DNA of 64,000 nt from Bacteroidales bacterium. Lineage in GTDB: Bacteria > Bacteroidota > Bacteroidia > Bacteroidales > FEN-979. How positions within the stretch are numbered: position 1 is the stretch's first letter; each line of letters starts with the position of its first letter. The translations under genes and the position numbers were made by a program. The DNA lies in NCBI GenBank assembly GCA_038212325.1, contig JBBQUQ010000001.1, positions 8,339 through 72,338 of the forward strand, given 5' to 3'. Shown one piece after another: positions 34,507-43,022 of the stretch. The notes under the pieces are model-generated. The model saw only the letters and a list, made by a program, of their open reading frames with translations, was not told where the DNA came from and did not search any database.

Positions 34507-34516
34507 GATTTTGCTG

Positions 34517-34590
34517 TGGGCCCAACAGGACTTGAACCTGTGGCCAGCTGATTATGAGTCAGCTGCTCTAACCGTCTGAGCTATGGGCCC
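34517..34590 (-). tRNA. tRNA with CAT anticodon (elongator type: tRNA-Met or lysidine-dependent tRNA-Ile2)
   Basis: The 74-nt minus-strand sequence is GGGCCCATAGCTCAGACGGTTAGAGCAGCTGACTCATAATCAGCTGGCCACAGGTTCAAGTCCTGTTGGGCCCA. It folds as a cloverleaf with a 7-bp acceptor stem, anticodon loop CTCATAA and T-loop GGTTCAAGTCC. CCA is not encoded. It lacks the initiator features (1:72 mismatch, GGG/CCC anticodon stem). Confidence 0.9.
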
Positions 34591-34595
34591 GTCTC

Positions 34596-34631
34596 GAATG
34601 ACGAAAATGCGAATGACGAATATGCGAATTG
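34596..34631. repeat. 15-bp tandem repeat, 2.4 units (gaatgacgaaWatgc)
   Basis: It reads gaatgacgaaaatgc gaatgacgaatatgc gaattg and begins 5 nt upstream of the tRNA 5' end. Confidence 0.85.
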
Positions 34632-34757
34632 AGGGGTGCAAAGATAGAAAAATATTACAATTTCTGCAAACAGGTATCTATGGCGCCCGAAAGCGATATT
34701 TTTGACTATGCGCATAGCCTATCTGTAAAAAACCTTGACAATCATGAAAAAAAACTG

Positions 34758-34765
34758 TACCTTTG
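34758..34765 (+). promoter_or_regulatory. candidate -7 box TACCTTTG
   Basis: Matches TAnnTTTG, 26 nt upstream of the queA ATG. Confidence 0.35.
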
Positions 34766-34791
34766 CCGCCCTTTGAAACAGGCAGAAAATC

Positions 34792-35841
34792 ATGAAATTA
34801 TCCCAGTTCCGCTTCCACTTACCGCCCGATTTGATCGCCAACGAACCTTCGAAAAATCGTGACGATGTTCCCATGCTGATTCTTGATCGTAAAACGCAAA
34901 CCATTGAACACGGGCAATTTAAGGACATCCTTACCTATTTTGGCGAAGGTGATGTTTTTATCATCAACAATACAAAAGTATTCCCGGCACGGCTTTTCGG
35001 GGAAAAGGAGAAAACAGGGGCCAAGATCGAAGTGTTCCTGCTTCGCGAACTGAACCGTGAATCGCGCCTCTGGGACGTTCTGGTTGACCCTGCCCGCAAG
35101 ATCAGGATCGGCAACAAACTCTATTTCGGTGAAGACGACTCGCTGGTTGCAGAGGTCATCGACAATACCACTTCACGTGGCCGCACCATCCGGTTCCTTT
35201 TTGACGGACCCTACGAAGAGTTTAAAAAAACCATCCAGCGACTGGGTGAAACCCCTTTGCCTAAAATTCATAACCGCCAGGCCAACTCAGAAGATGAGGA
35301 GCGGTACCAAACTATTTTTGCCAAGCACGAAGGCGCCGTCGCAGCCCCGATCGCCGGGCTTCATTTCAGCCGCGAGATCATGAAACGCCTCGAATTGCAG
35401 GGGGTTTCCTTCGCAGAGATCACGTTGCACCTCGGGCTCGGAAACTTCCGCACCATCGATGTGGAGGATTTAACCAAGCATAAAATGGATTCAGAGGAGA
35501 TGATCATCGAACCTGAAGCCTCCGAAATGGTGAATCGCACCATGCAACACAAAGGACGGATCGTGGCAGTTGGAACTACCACCATGAAAGCCATCGAATC
35601 GTCGGTGACCGTTGCAGGCACCCTCAAACCTTACAGGGGCTGGACCAATAAATTCATCTTCCCCCCCTATGAATTCAGCATCGCCAACGCCATGATCACC
35701 AACCTGCATATGCCGCAGTCGCCGATGATGATGATGGTCGCCGCGTTTGCCGGCTATGACCTCCTCATGAAAGCCTACGAGGTTGCCATCGATAAAAAAT
35801 ATAAGTTCTTCACCTACGGCAACCCGATGCTGATCCTTTGA
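34792..35841 (+). CDS. queA: S-adenosylmethionine:tRNA ribosyltransferase-isomerase
   Basis: 349 aa. The N-terminus [19 protein letters not shown] and the motif [10 protein letters not shown] are typical of QueA. Confidence 0.9.
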   Translation: MKLSQFRFHLPPDLIANEPSKNRDDVPMLILDRKTQTIEHGQFKDILTYFGEGDVFIINNTKVFPARLFGEKEKTGAKIEVFLLRELNRESRLWDVLVDPARKIRIGNKLYFGEDDSLVAEVIDNTTSRGRTIRFLFDGPYEEFKKTIQRLGETPLPKIHNRQANSEDEERYQTIFAKHEGAVAAPIAGLHFSREIMKRLELQGVSFAEITLHLGLGNFRTIDVEDLTKHKMDSEEMIIEPEASEMVNRTMQHKGRIVAVGTTTMKAIESSVTVAGTLKPYRGWTNKFIFPPYEFSIANAMITNLHMPQSPMMMMVAAFAGYDLLMKAYEVAIDKKYKFFTYGNPMLIL

Positions 35842-35842
35842 C

Positions 35843-36004
35843 AAATGTAAAATGGTAAAATGGTAAAATGGTAAAATAGTGCTTAGTTTACCATTTTACC
35901 ATTTTGCCATTTTGCCATTTTGCCATTTTGCCATTTTACCATTTTGCCATTTTACCATTTTTGATTTGCTTTTCCGAATTTTACCATTTTTAATTTCACC
36001 ATTT
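35843..36004. repeat. composite 8-bp tandem array: ~4.7 units aaaatggt (35843-35880), then 9 inverted units [ag]ccatttt (35890-35961) and a degenerate tail to 36004
   Basis: Read directly. It fills the whole queA-ispD intergenic space, and the ispD TTG start lies in the degenerate tail. Confidence 0.9.
35849..35913 (+). terminator. long hairpin formed by the inverted 8-mer arrays (putative queA terminator)
   Basis: 35849-35875 pairs with 35887-35913, giving 27 contiguous pairs with one G-U and an 11-nt loop. It starts 8 nt after the queA stop and is followed by T-rich repeat units. Confidence 0.5.
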
Positions 36005-36755
36005 GTTGAAAAAGTCGGCGGTCATTGTGGCGGGAGGTTCAGGGAGCCGGATGGATGCAGGGATCCCGAAGCAATTCCTCCTGCTTGGTGGAATACCGTT
36101 GCTGATGCACAGCATGAATTCTTTTCACCTCGCCTATCCTGACATTTCACTGACGATTGCATTACCGGCCGGCCAGTTCTCCAGATGGAGTCAACTCTGT
36201 GCCGAGCATAATTTTGTCCTGACGCACCAGGTTGTGGAGGGGGGCAAAACCCGCTTTCATTCGGTTAAAAATGCACTGTCATGCCTTGACGGCGACGGAT
36301 TGGTTGCGGTTCATGACGGCGCACGGCCCCTGATTACTGCATCGCTTATCAGGAATGCCTTCCTCACAGCTGAGCAACTTGGAAACTGCATCCCTGTTAT
36401 ACCGCTCAACGAATCGCTGAGGAGGGTTTCAGGTAACACTGACCGCCTGGTAAGCCATGCGGTTGACCGCCTGGAGTACCGTGTGGTTCAAACACCCCAG
36501 GTTTTTCATGCCGCCACCCTTCAAAAAGCCTATGAACAGGAATACCGCGACAGTTTTACCGACGATGCCATGGTGGCCGAAAGTTTCGGAGAAACCATAC
36601 ACCTCATCGAAGGCGACCCGGTAAACCTGAAAATCACCCACCCATCCGACCTTGCTGCAGCCGCTAACTTCTTCTCCCTTTCCACCGGTACGGAAGAAAC
36701 AGCCCCAGCAAGCCCGCCAGCGGAACATAGACCAATTGCCAGGCCTGCGCGATAA
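36003..36755 (+). CDS. ispD: 2-C-methyl-D-erythritol 4-phosphate cytidylyltransferase
   Basis: The N-terminal motif is AVIVAGGSGSRMDAGIPKQFL, with VHDGARP further in. It has a TTG start (no nearby ATG). The 3' end overlaps the convergent GT2 gene by 92 nt. Confidence 0.85.
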   Translation: MLKKSAVIVAGGSGSRMDAGIPKQFLLLGGIPLLMHSMNSFHLAYPDISLTIALPAGQFSRWSQLCAEHNFVLTHQVVEGGKTRFHSVKNALSCLDGDGLVAVHDGARPLITASLIRNAFLTAEQLGNCIPVIPLNESLRRVSGNTDRLVSHAVDRLEYRVVQTPQVFHAATLQKAYEQEYRDSFTDDAMVAESFGETIHLIEGDPVNLKITHPSDLAAAANFFSLSTGTEETAPASPPAEHRPIARPAR

Positions 36756-37818
36756 AATAATACCCTGCCAGCTCCCTCTTCCCGAAAAACCGCATCATGA
36801 GCCAGACAATCGGGAATTCCAGCAGAATTTTCGCAAGCCAGAGGACGAATGCAACCGGGAAAATCACCGGGAACCAGATGCCCGCAACAATGCCAGTCAA
36901 CAGCAGCAGGTGAGTTAACCAGGTAAACATCCCGACCAGTATCACAGCTGGGTCGCGATATCCCCGGCTTTTGGAAACCCAGCGGATACGCTGATTAATA
37001 AAGCCTCCCAGGGTCGCTTCGGGCACAGTGCTGACCCCCGACACCGGTTCGGTATTAAAAACCACGGATCCCTTCCCATAATGCTTCCTGATCGCGCTCA
37101 TCATAAACTGATCATCCCCGGAACTGTACCGGAGGTTTCCGCTAAAACCCCCGCATTGATAAAATGCTTCGCGCCTGTAGGCCAGGTTGGCGCCGTTGCA
37201 CATCACCGGATATCCCAGTGCGGAGCTTCCGGCAGTAGTGCCCATCAGCCCGAGAAATTCCAGCGATTGTACCCTTTGTAGCAGGTTTTTCTCCCGGGTG
37301 AACGAAACAGGACCCAGCACCATTTTGGTTGCAGGGAATGCAAAGCAGGAAACCATGGATGAGATCCAGCCTGTCCCCCGGCAGGTATCGGCATCCGTAA
37401 ACAACAGGATATCTCCTCTTGCGATGGCAACAGCCCGCTCAATCGCCCGCTTTTTTCCTGTCCCCACAGGCTCATTGCCCGGGGGAAAGACCGTGACAAG
37501 GGGAAAGCCGGGATGTTCCCTGGCAAACTGCTTTACAAATTCCATGGTGGCGTCGTCGCTGTAATCATCGGCCACGATCACCTCAAGGCTCTGAGCCGGG
37601 TAATCCTGTTCGTGCATCTCTGCCAGGATCCGGACGATGTTGCCCTCCTCATTGCGGACAGGTATGATAACCGTAACAAACCCAGCCGGCTGAGCCGATT
37701 GCAGCGGATGCCGTTTAAGCGTCCGTATCAACCCGGCGGTGACGGAGCCGATCATCAATGCATAGACTGCCATCACAGTCAACATAAGCGTTGCGCAGAT
37801 TTCAAGGATCCCCATCAT
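36664..37818 (-). CDS. membrane-integrated family 2 glycosyltransferase with a processive-type Q(R)xRW motif
   Basis: Motifs VIIPVRNEEGNI, VADDYSDD, LFTDADT, QRIRW, plus TM helices at both ends. The ATG at 37818 overlaps the upstream stop (ATGA). The track N-terminal extension to 37965 overlaps the upstream gene. Confidence 0.8.
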   Translation of the reverse strand: MMGILEICATLMLTVMAVYALMIGSVTAGLIRTLKRHPLQSAQPAGFVTVIIPVRNEEGNIVRILAEMHEQDYPAQSLEVIVADDYSDDATMEFVKQFAREHPGFPLVTVFPPGNEPVGTGKKRAIERAVAIARGDILLFTDADTCRGTGWISSMVSCFAFPATKMVLGPVSFTREKNLLQRVQSLEFLGLMGTTAGSSALGYPVMCNGANLAYRREAFYQCGGFSGNLRYSSGDDQFMMSAIRKHYGKGSVVFNTEPVSGVSTVPEATLGGFINQRIRWVSKSRGYRDPAVILVGMFTWLTHLLLLTGIVAGIWFPVIFPVAFVLWLAKILLEFPIVWLMMRFFGKRELAGYYFIAQAWQLVYVPLAGLLGLFLPYRWKGRRS

Positions 37819-38837
37819 GCAACCGTTTTTCTGAAAAATTGCAGGCGAAAAACAAATATTGTTCCGGCCAGGGCCGGCAGCCCCAGGTTGATCATCCACA
37901 AAAGCGTTGATGCAGCAAATACGCCCATGGTGATTTTGCCCGACGTGGCAGCCTGGCCAAACCAAAGCCCGAAAATATAAATCGCCACAGAACCCCTTAC
38001 GCCCAGTTCGGTGAGGGTAATTGTCGGAATGATTGCCATAATCAGGTAAACAAGGGCGATCAGGGCCAGTGCAACAAAGTAAGGGATCGTTACATCGAAC
38101 AACACCAGGAGGATGTAAAACTGCGTCGAGAAGACAAGATACCTGGAAAGGCTCAAAAACAAGACCGTGGCCATTTCCCGGTTATGATAGAATGCAAATA
38201 TTCTGAAAAATTTCCTCAGCCTCTTCAACCTGTTTTGTAAGATCCGCTCCTTCAGGGTGGCCAGGAACGAGAGTTTGAAAAACAGGGCAACCAGCAATAA
38301 ATCAAGGGCAATAAGAAGCGTGGCAAGGCAGAAGTAGAGATACCCATAGCTGAAAGCGGCGTCGGGCAGGAACCGCGGCATGAGCATCAGCAGGGCCATT
38401 GAACCTGCAAGCACCGTGATCAGGAGCTGGCTCAGGCTTCCTACCATCGTGATCAGGATGCCTTCAATGCGGCTTGCCGTTTTAAGGATGTAAATCCTCC
38501 CGAAGAACTCTCCTACCCGGTTGGGAATAAACGAACTAACGGTAAGGCCGGCCAGAACAGCCTGGAAAGATCTAAAAAAACTTACATCCTCAACTTTCCC
38601 GATCAGGTACTGCCATTTAACTGCTTCAATACTCCAGTTGAGGGCCATCATTAAAACAACAAACAAAAGCCCGGTTTTAAACTCGGGCTTCCACAGATGC
38701 TCATCAAGTGCAGAAAGAAGTCCCGGGAGGTCGGTCTTTTGAAAAACCTGCCGGTAAATGAAAAAGCAAGTCACCAGGAAAATCGCCAGCTGGATCAGCA
38801 AGTTCATTATTTTCTGTACTTTTGAAAGCTTTTTCAT
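37815..38837 (-). CDS. UPF0104 / lysylphosphatidylglycerol-synthase-TM-region-like (flippase-like) membrane protein
   Basis: The protein is polytopic and hydrophobic, with Arg/Lys-rich loops ([12 protein letters not shown]). It is translationally coupled to the downstream GT2. The start is uncertain (ATG at 38837 or 38807; the track start is 38888). Confidence 0.6.
   Translation of the reverse strand: MKKLSKVQKIMNLLIQLAIFLVTCFFIYRQVFQKTDLPGLLSALDEHLWKPEFKTGLLFVVLMMALNWSIEAVKWQYLIGKVEDVSFFRSFQAVLAGLTVSSFIPNRVGEFFGRIYILKTASRIEGILITMVGSLSQLLITVLAGSMALLMLMPRFLPDAAFSYGYLYFCLATLLIALDLLLVALFFKLSFLATLKERILQNRLKRLRKFFRIFAFYHNREMATVLFLSLSRYLVFSTQFYILLVLFDVTIPYFVALALIALVYLIMAIIPTITLTELGVRGSVAIYIFGLWFGQAATSGKITMGVFAASTLLWMINLGLPALAGTIFVFRLQFFRKTVA
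38817..38824 (+). promoter_or_regulatory. candidate -7 box TACTTTTG
   Basis: Matches TAnnTTTG, 20 nt upstream of the ruvC ATG at 38845. Confidence 0.35.
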
Positions 38838-38844
38838 TTTGCTT

Positions 38845-39396
38845 ATGGCCGTCGAACGCATTATTCTGGGAATTGATCCGGGTACCACCGTGATGGGTTA
38901 CGGCATTATCAGCATTGCCGGGAACAAGATCAGCGTGCTCGCTTTAGGCGTGCTAAAATTAAACAAATACGACGACCATCCTTTACGGCTTAAAATTATT
39001 TTTGAGCGCATGATCTCACTGATCGAACAATACCACCCGGATGAACTGTCGATCGAAGCTCCTTTTTTCGGAAAGAATGTTCAGTCGATGTTAAAACTCG
39101 GGAGGGCACAAGGTGTTGCGATTGCCGCGGCCCTGTCGCGGTCGATTCCCATTTTCGAATATTCGCCGCGCAAGATCAAGCAATCCATCACCGGTAAAGG
39201 CGCAGCTTCGAAAGAGCAGGTCGCCGCCATGCTGGTTCATCTCCTGAAGATCACCGAATTACCCGAAACCATGGATGCCACCGACGGACTTGCCGCCGCA
39301 GTTTGCCATTATTTTCAGAACGGGCGACCCGAAACCGGGAAAAAATTCACAGGGTGGAAGAGTTTTTTAAGTGAGAACCCCGGGCGGCTGGGATAA
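38845..39396 (+). CDS. ruvC: crossover junction endodeoxyribonuclease RuvC
   Basis: [22 protein letters not shown] is the canonical RuvC N-terminus. The track start at 38758 adds 29 non-homologous hydrophobic residues. Confidence 0.9.
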   Translation: MAVERIILGIDPGTTVMGYGIISIAGNKISVLALGVLKLNKYDDHPLRLKIIFERMISLIEQYHPDELSIEAPFFGKNVQSMLKLGRAQGVAIAAALSRSIPIFEYSPRKIKQSITGKGAASKEQVAAMLVHLLKITELPETMDATDGLAAAVCHYFQNGRPETGKKFTGWKSFLSENPGRLG

Positions 39397-40575
39397 TTAC
39401 ATCAATTTCTGGTAAACCATCCACCAGCGGTCGGGGATGTCGTTTTCACAGGCAATCTGGTAATCCTTATAGGAGCATGGAACGAGGTAGTGCCGTTCAT
39501 ATTTGATGCGCTGCTCGGCAGGCAGGGGAATTTCCAGCCACCAACGGTCGGTTCGCTTGCTTTTGTAAAAAACGATCTCCTCCTTGTGATCCCTGATACT
39601 GACGCGGTATTTCAGGTAATCATCTTCGTTTTTAAAGGGAAAATCGTGGGCGCGGTTATAATAGCCGTCGATGAAATACCAGATCATCTGGGCAACAAGG
39701 TGGGCCGTTTGCCCGGTTTTATCGAACTTTGGATTTACCTCGTAAAATCCGATGGATGTCAGCTTGTCGCTTAAGCCGGCATACCGTGCGATCTGGCAGG
39801 CTTCTTCGCCGTAAAATCCATTCGGCGTGGCATTTGCATTTCCCGGGGCATCGGAAATCCGTATCGCTGATACATCAAAAGTAAGCATGTCGGCATTGCG
39901 CACGATGGGCTCGACATCTTCAAGGGTATCGCGCACGATTCCCAGGCGGAATGTGTCGAAAAACAGGTTTCTCATCAGCTTGAGGGCCTCCTGGTCGATG
40001 AAATAGGTCTGGTATCCTATGTTTGCGAAATTGAACAGGTAGTTGGGCTGATGCAGAATAATACTGCTTAGGTATGACCGCGCATTGAGCTCCTCTTCTG
40101 ATTTTCCCAGGTCAAACATGGGATCGACCGCAACAATGTTGATGATCTGGCCAAGGCTCTGGTAGGCCTGGTAGTTGGCAAAGGTATGATCCTGGCTTCC
40201 ACCGAGTATCACCGGAAGAACATTGTTCTCGATCATTTCAGCGATGGCTGAGCTTAACGCAAAATAGGTGTCGGAAACGGAAAAACCATTTTTAACATTC
40301 CCGAGGTCGACCATTTTTATCGGATAGGGTCCGATGTTAAGCGCGTAAAGGTACTTCCTGATGGCATTGGGAGCCAATCCGCATCCTTCGTTGCCAATCG
40401 CCCTCCTGTCGTCGGTGACACCGATCAGGGCGATGTTCGAGCCTCCATAATCAGGCAGGCCGCCCGCTTCGGTATGGATGCCTATGATGTTGCCAAGCCG
40501 GCCTTGCCCGGAAGTATCTCCGAAATATTGGAATTCGTCCGGGTTGAGCGGTTCAAAAAAAGGGGAAATATCCAT
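39397..40575 (-). CDS. arginase/formimidoylglutamase-fold (ureohydrolase family) protein with atypical metal-ligand motifs
   Basis: 392 aa. The family-like motifs appear in canonical order: LGGSQDHT (compare GGDHS), AVDPMFDL (compare DAHxD), FDVSAIRISDAPG (compare SxDxDxxDPxxAPG). Confidence 0.6.
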   Translation of the reverse strand: MDISPFFEPLNPDEFQYFGDTSGQGRLGNIIGIHTEAGGLPDYGGSNIALIGVTDDRRAIGNEGCGLAPNAIRKYLYALNIGPYPIKMVDLGNVKNGFSVSDTYFALSSAIAEMIENNVLPVILGGSQDHTFANYQAYQSLGQIINIVAVDPMFDLGKSEEELNARSYLSSIILHQPNYLFNFANIGYQTYFIDQEALKLMRNLFFDTFRLGIVRDTLEDVEPIVRNADMLTFDVSAIRISDAPGNANATPNGFYGEEACQIARYAGLSDKLTSIGFYEVNPKFDKTGQTAHLVAQMIWYFIDGYYNRAHDFPFKNEDDYLKYRVSIRDHKEEIVFYKSKRTDRWWLEIPLPAEQRIKYERHYLVPCSYKDYQIACENDIPDRWWMVYQKLM

Positions 40576-40581
40576 GGGACA

Positions 40582-42903
40582 TTACTTTTTCTTCTTCGAT
40601 TTTGACTTTGAAGGTTGTGTTTCTGCGATGATGGCCTTGCATTCTTCCAGGGTCAGCGCCTTGGCATCTTTCCCTCTGGGTATCTTGTAATTTTCCTTGT
40701 TGCAGGCAACATATGGTCCAAAACGGCCATTAAGCACCTGGATCAGGGTTTTATTGTCCGTGAATTCCCTCAGGATCTTCTGGCTGTTGGACTGCCGTTT
40801 GGCCAGGATTATCTCAATGGCCCGTTCAAGTTCGACGGTAAGAGGATCGATCTCCTTCGGGAGAGAATAAAAGAGCGATTTATGGCGAATATAGGGGCCA
40901 AACCGACCGGTTGCAACCACCACCTCGGCTTCTTCAAATTCTCCCACTGTGCGTGGAAGTTTAAAAAGGTCAAGGGCTTCTTCAAGGGTGAGGGTCTCAA
41001 TGCTCTGGCCTTTTTTCAGGGAGGCAAATTTCGGTTTTGCCTCAGCATCGGCATCTCCCATCTGAACCATCGGCCCGTAACGGCCAATCTTCACAAATAC
41101 ATTCTCGCCGCTTTTGGGATCTTTTCCGAGGAGTTTCTCCCCGCTCACCTTCCCGGTGTTTTCAAGGGTGCCTTCAACCTGCTTGTGAAAAGGGAAATAG
41201 AATTCTTTGATCATCTGGTTCCAGACAATTTTTCCTTCAGCGATTTCGTCAAATTCCTCCTCCACGCTGGCCGTGAAATTATAGTCAAGGATGTTGTCAA
41301 AATGCTGGATCAGGAAACTGTTCACCAGGGTTCCGATATCGGTGGGAAACAGCTTTGACTTTTCCGAACCGACCGTTTCGCTTTTTATCTCCTCGGTGAT
41401 GGTTGATTTTTTCAGGGTCACCAAGGCAAATTCACGCTGAACGCCGGGGCGGTCTTCCTTGACCACATACTCCCTTTTCTGGATGGTGGAAATGGTGGGG
41501 GCATAGGTGGATGGCCGGCCAATACCAAGTTCTTCCAGCTTTTTTACCAGCATGGCTTCCGTATACCGGAACGGCTGCTGGGTGAATTTTTGCTGGGCTG
41601 TCATTTCAACCAGCCCGAGCTGTTCGCCGGCATTCATGGGGGGAAGCATGCCCTCTTCGCCGCCCTGTTCATCATCGTCTGTCGACTCCATGTAGACTTT
41701 AAGGAATCCGTCGAACCTGATCACTTCGCCTTTGGCAATAAATTTTTCAGCAGTGGCCGAAACACCAATGGTGACAGTAGTTTTTTCAAGTTCGGCATCC
41801 GCCATCTGCGAGGCGATGGTGCGTTTCCAGATCAGCTCATACAGCCTTTTATGCGACTTGTCCCCTTCAATGGTTTTGTTGGTCATGTAGGTCGGGCGAA
41901 TGGCTTCATGGGCTTCCTGAGCACCCTTGGTTTTGGTTGCGAATTTTCGTGTTTTCACATATTCAGCCCCGAAGGAGGCCGTAATTTCAGTCCGCGACAT
42001 TGCGAGCGCCATATCGGAAAGGTTCACCGAGTCGGTACGCATGTAGGTGATAAACCCCGATTCGTAGAGTTCCTGGGCCACACGCATGGTATTGGCCACG
42101 GAGAAGCCGAGTTTTCTGGAGGCCTCCTGCTGCAGGGTGGATGTGGTGAATGGCGGGGCGGGGGTTTTTTTTGCAGGCTTGGTATCTACATCTTCAATTG
42201 TATATTGTGCATCGATGCATTTCTGCAGGAAGGCTGTTGCTTCTTCTTTTTTCACAAAGCGCTTGTTCAGTTCGGCCTTCACGGAACTGCCTTTTTCATT
42301 TGTTTTGAGGATGAAGTCGCCGACAATCCGGAAGGCAGAAGTGCTGAGGAAATTTTTGATCTCTTCTTCCCTTTCAACGATCAGCCGCACTGCCACAGAT
42401 TGAACCCTGCCGGCAGATAGCGACGGCTTAATCTTCTTCCAGAGCAATGGCGACAGTTCAAATCCCACGAGGCGGTCGAGCACCCTGCGCGCCTGTTGTG
42501 CGTCGACAAGGTTTTTATCGATGCTGCGCGGATGTTCAATGGCCTGCTGTATCGCAGTTTTGGTGATTTCATGAAAGGCGATGCGCTTGGTTTTGCTTTC
42601 ATCCAGTCCCAGGGCTTCGATGAGATGCCATGAGATGGCTTCTCCTTCGCGGTCCTCGTCAGATGCCAGCCATACCCATTCCGCATCTTTGGCAAGCCGG
42701 GTAAGTTCGGCAACCACTTTTTTCTTCTCAGGTGAAATGATATACCTGGGAATAAACCCATTTTCAATATCAACGCCTAGATCTTTCTTCGACAGATCGA
42801 CAACGTGTCCCATACAGGACTTCACCGTAAAATCCTTTCCCAGAAACCCGCCAATGGTTTTGGCCTTGGCCGGAGACTCAACAATCACTAAGTTCTTTGT
42901 CAT
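40582..42903 (-). CDS. topA: DNA topoisomerase I
   Basis: It has the Toprim N-terminus MTKNLVIVESPAKAKTI and the YMRTDS active-site Tyr motif, with GRFGPY repeats near the C-terminus. ATG at 42903. The track GTG at 42933 sits 3 nt from the -7 box. Confidence 0.92.
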   Translation of the reverse strand: MTKNLVIVESPAKAKTIGGFLGKDFTVKSCMGHVVDLSKKDLGVDIENGFIPRYIISPEKKKVVAELTRLAKDAEWVWLASDEDREGEAISWHLIEALGLDESKTKRIAFHEITKTAIQQAIEHPRSIDKNLVDAQQARRVLDRLVGFELSPLLWKKIKPSLSAGRVQSVAVRLIVEREEEIKNFLSTSAFRIVGDFILKTNEKGSSVKAELNKRFVKKEEATAFLQKCIDAQYTIEDVDTKPAKKTPAPPFTTSTLQQEASRKLGFSVANTMRVAQELYESGFITYMRTDSVNLSDMALAMSRTEITASFGAEYVKTRKFATKTKGAQEAHEAIRPTYMTNKTIEGDKSHKRLYELIWKRTIASQMADAELEKTTVTIGVSATAEKFIAKGEVIRFDGFLKVYMESTDDDEQGGEEGMLPPMNAGEQLGLVEMTAQQKFTQQPFRYTEAMLVKKLEELGIGRPSTYAPTISTIQKREYVVKEDRPGVQREFALVTLKKSTITEEIKSETVGSEKSKLFPTDIGTLVNSFLIQHFDNILDYNFTASVEEEFDEIAEGKIVWNQMIKEFYFPFHKQVEGTLENTGKVSGEKLLGKDPKSGENVFVKIGRYGPMVQMGDADAEAKPKFASLKKGQSIETLTLEEALDLFKLPRTVGEFEEAEVVVATGRFGPYIRHKSLFYSLPKEIDPLTVELERAIEIILAKRQSNSQKILREFTDNKTLIQVLNGRFGPYVACNKENYKIPRGKDAKALTLEECKAIIAETQPSKSKSKKKK

Positions 42904-42935
42904 TCGGATACCTTGTTTGGTGCTCAAATCCACTG

Positions 42936-42943
42936 CAAAAGTA
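42936..42943 (-). promoter_or_regulatory. candidate -7 box (TACTTTTG on the minus strand)
   Basis: Matches TAnnTTTG, 33 nt upstream of the topA ATG at 42903. Confidence 0.35.
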
Positions 42944-42962
42944 AGACAATAAACTTAATCCA

Positions 42963-42970
42963 TACCTTTG
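42963..42970 (+). promoter_or_regulatory. candidate -7 box TACCTTTG
   Basis: Matches TAnnTTTG, 52 nt upstream of the miaB GTG. Confidence 0.3.
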
Positions 42971-43022
42971 CACCTCATTTTTATGCTTAATCGGCTTTGC
43001 CGCCAAAAGGTAATACATCAAC

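Noticed and set aside
34629-34862. A 77-aa plus-strand ORF upstream of and overlapping the queA start.
   Set aside because: It contains the predicted queA -7 box and overlaps the queA ATG in another frame. It resembles no protein family I know.
35890-35961. A regularly spaced repeat array that might be mistaken for a CRISPR locus.
   Set aside because: The units are 8 bp and contiguous with no spacers, and there are no cas genes in the window. It is a microsatellite-like tandem array.
35879-36142. ORF-track entry of 87 aa (MLSLPFYHFAILPFCHFAILPFCHF...).
   Set aside because: It is simply the translation of the octamer array and it overlaps the well-supported ispD start. It is low-complexity and periodic.
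38758-38844. N-terminal extensions proposed by the longest-ORF track. Affected genes are ruvC (38758), wza (44305), topA (42933, GTG), the GT2 (37965), pepA (21211, TTG), the Fib_succ protein (31869), the AlgJ-like genes (12742 TTG, 7910 GTG), tolC (58711) and hlyD (60037).
   Set aside because: The extensions overlap upstream genes or predicted -7 boxes, use non-ATG codons, or precede canonical family N-termini or signal peptides. Internal ATGs were preferred. Start positions remain unverified.
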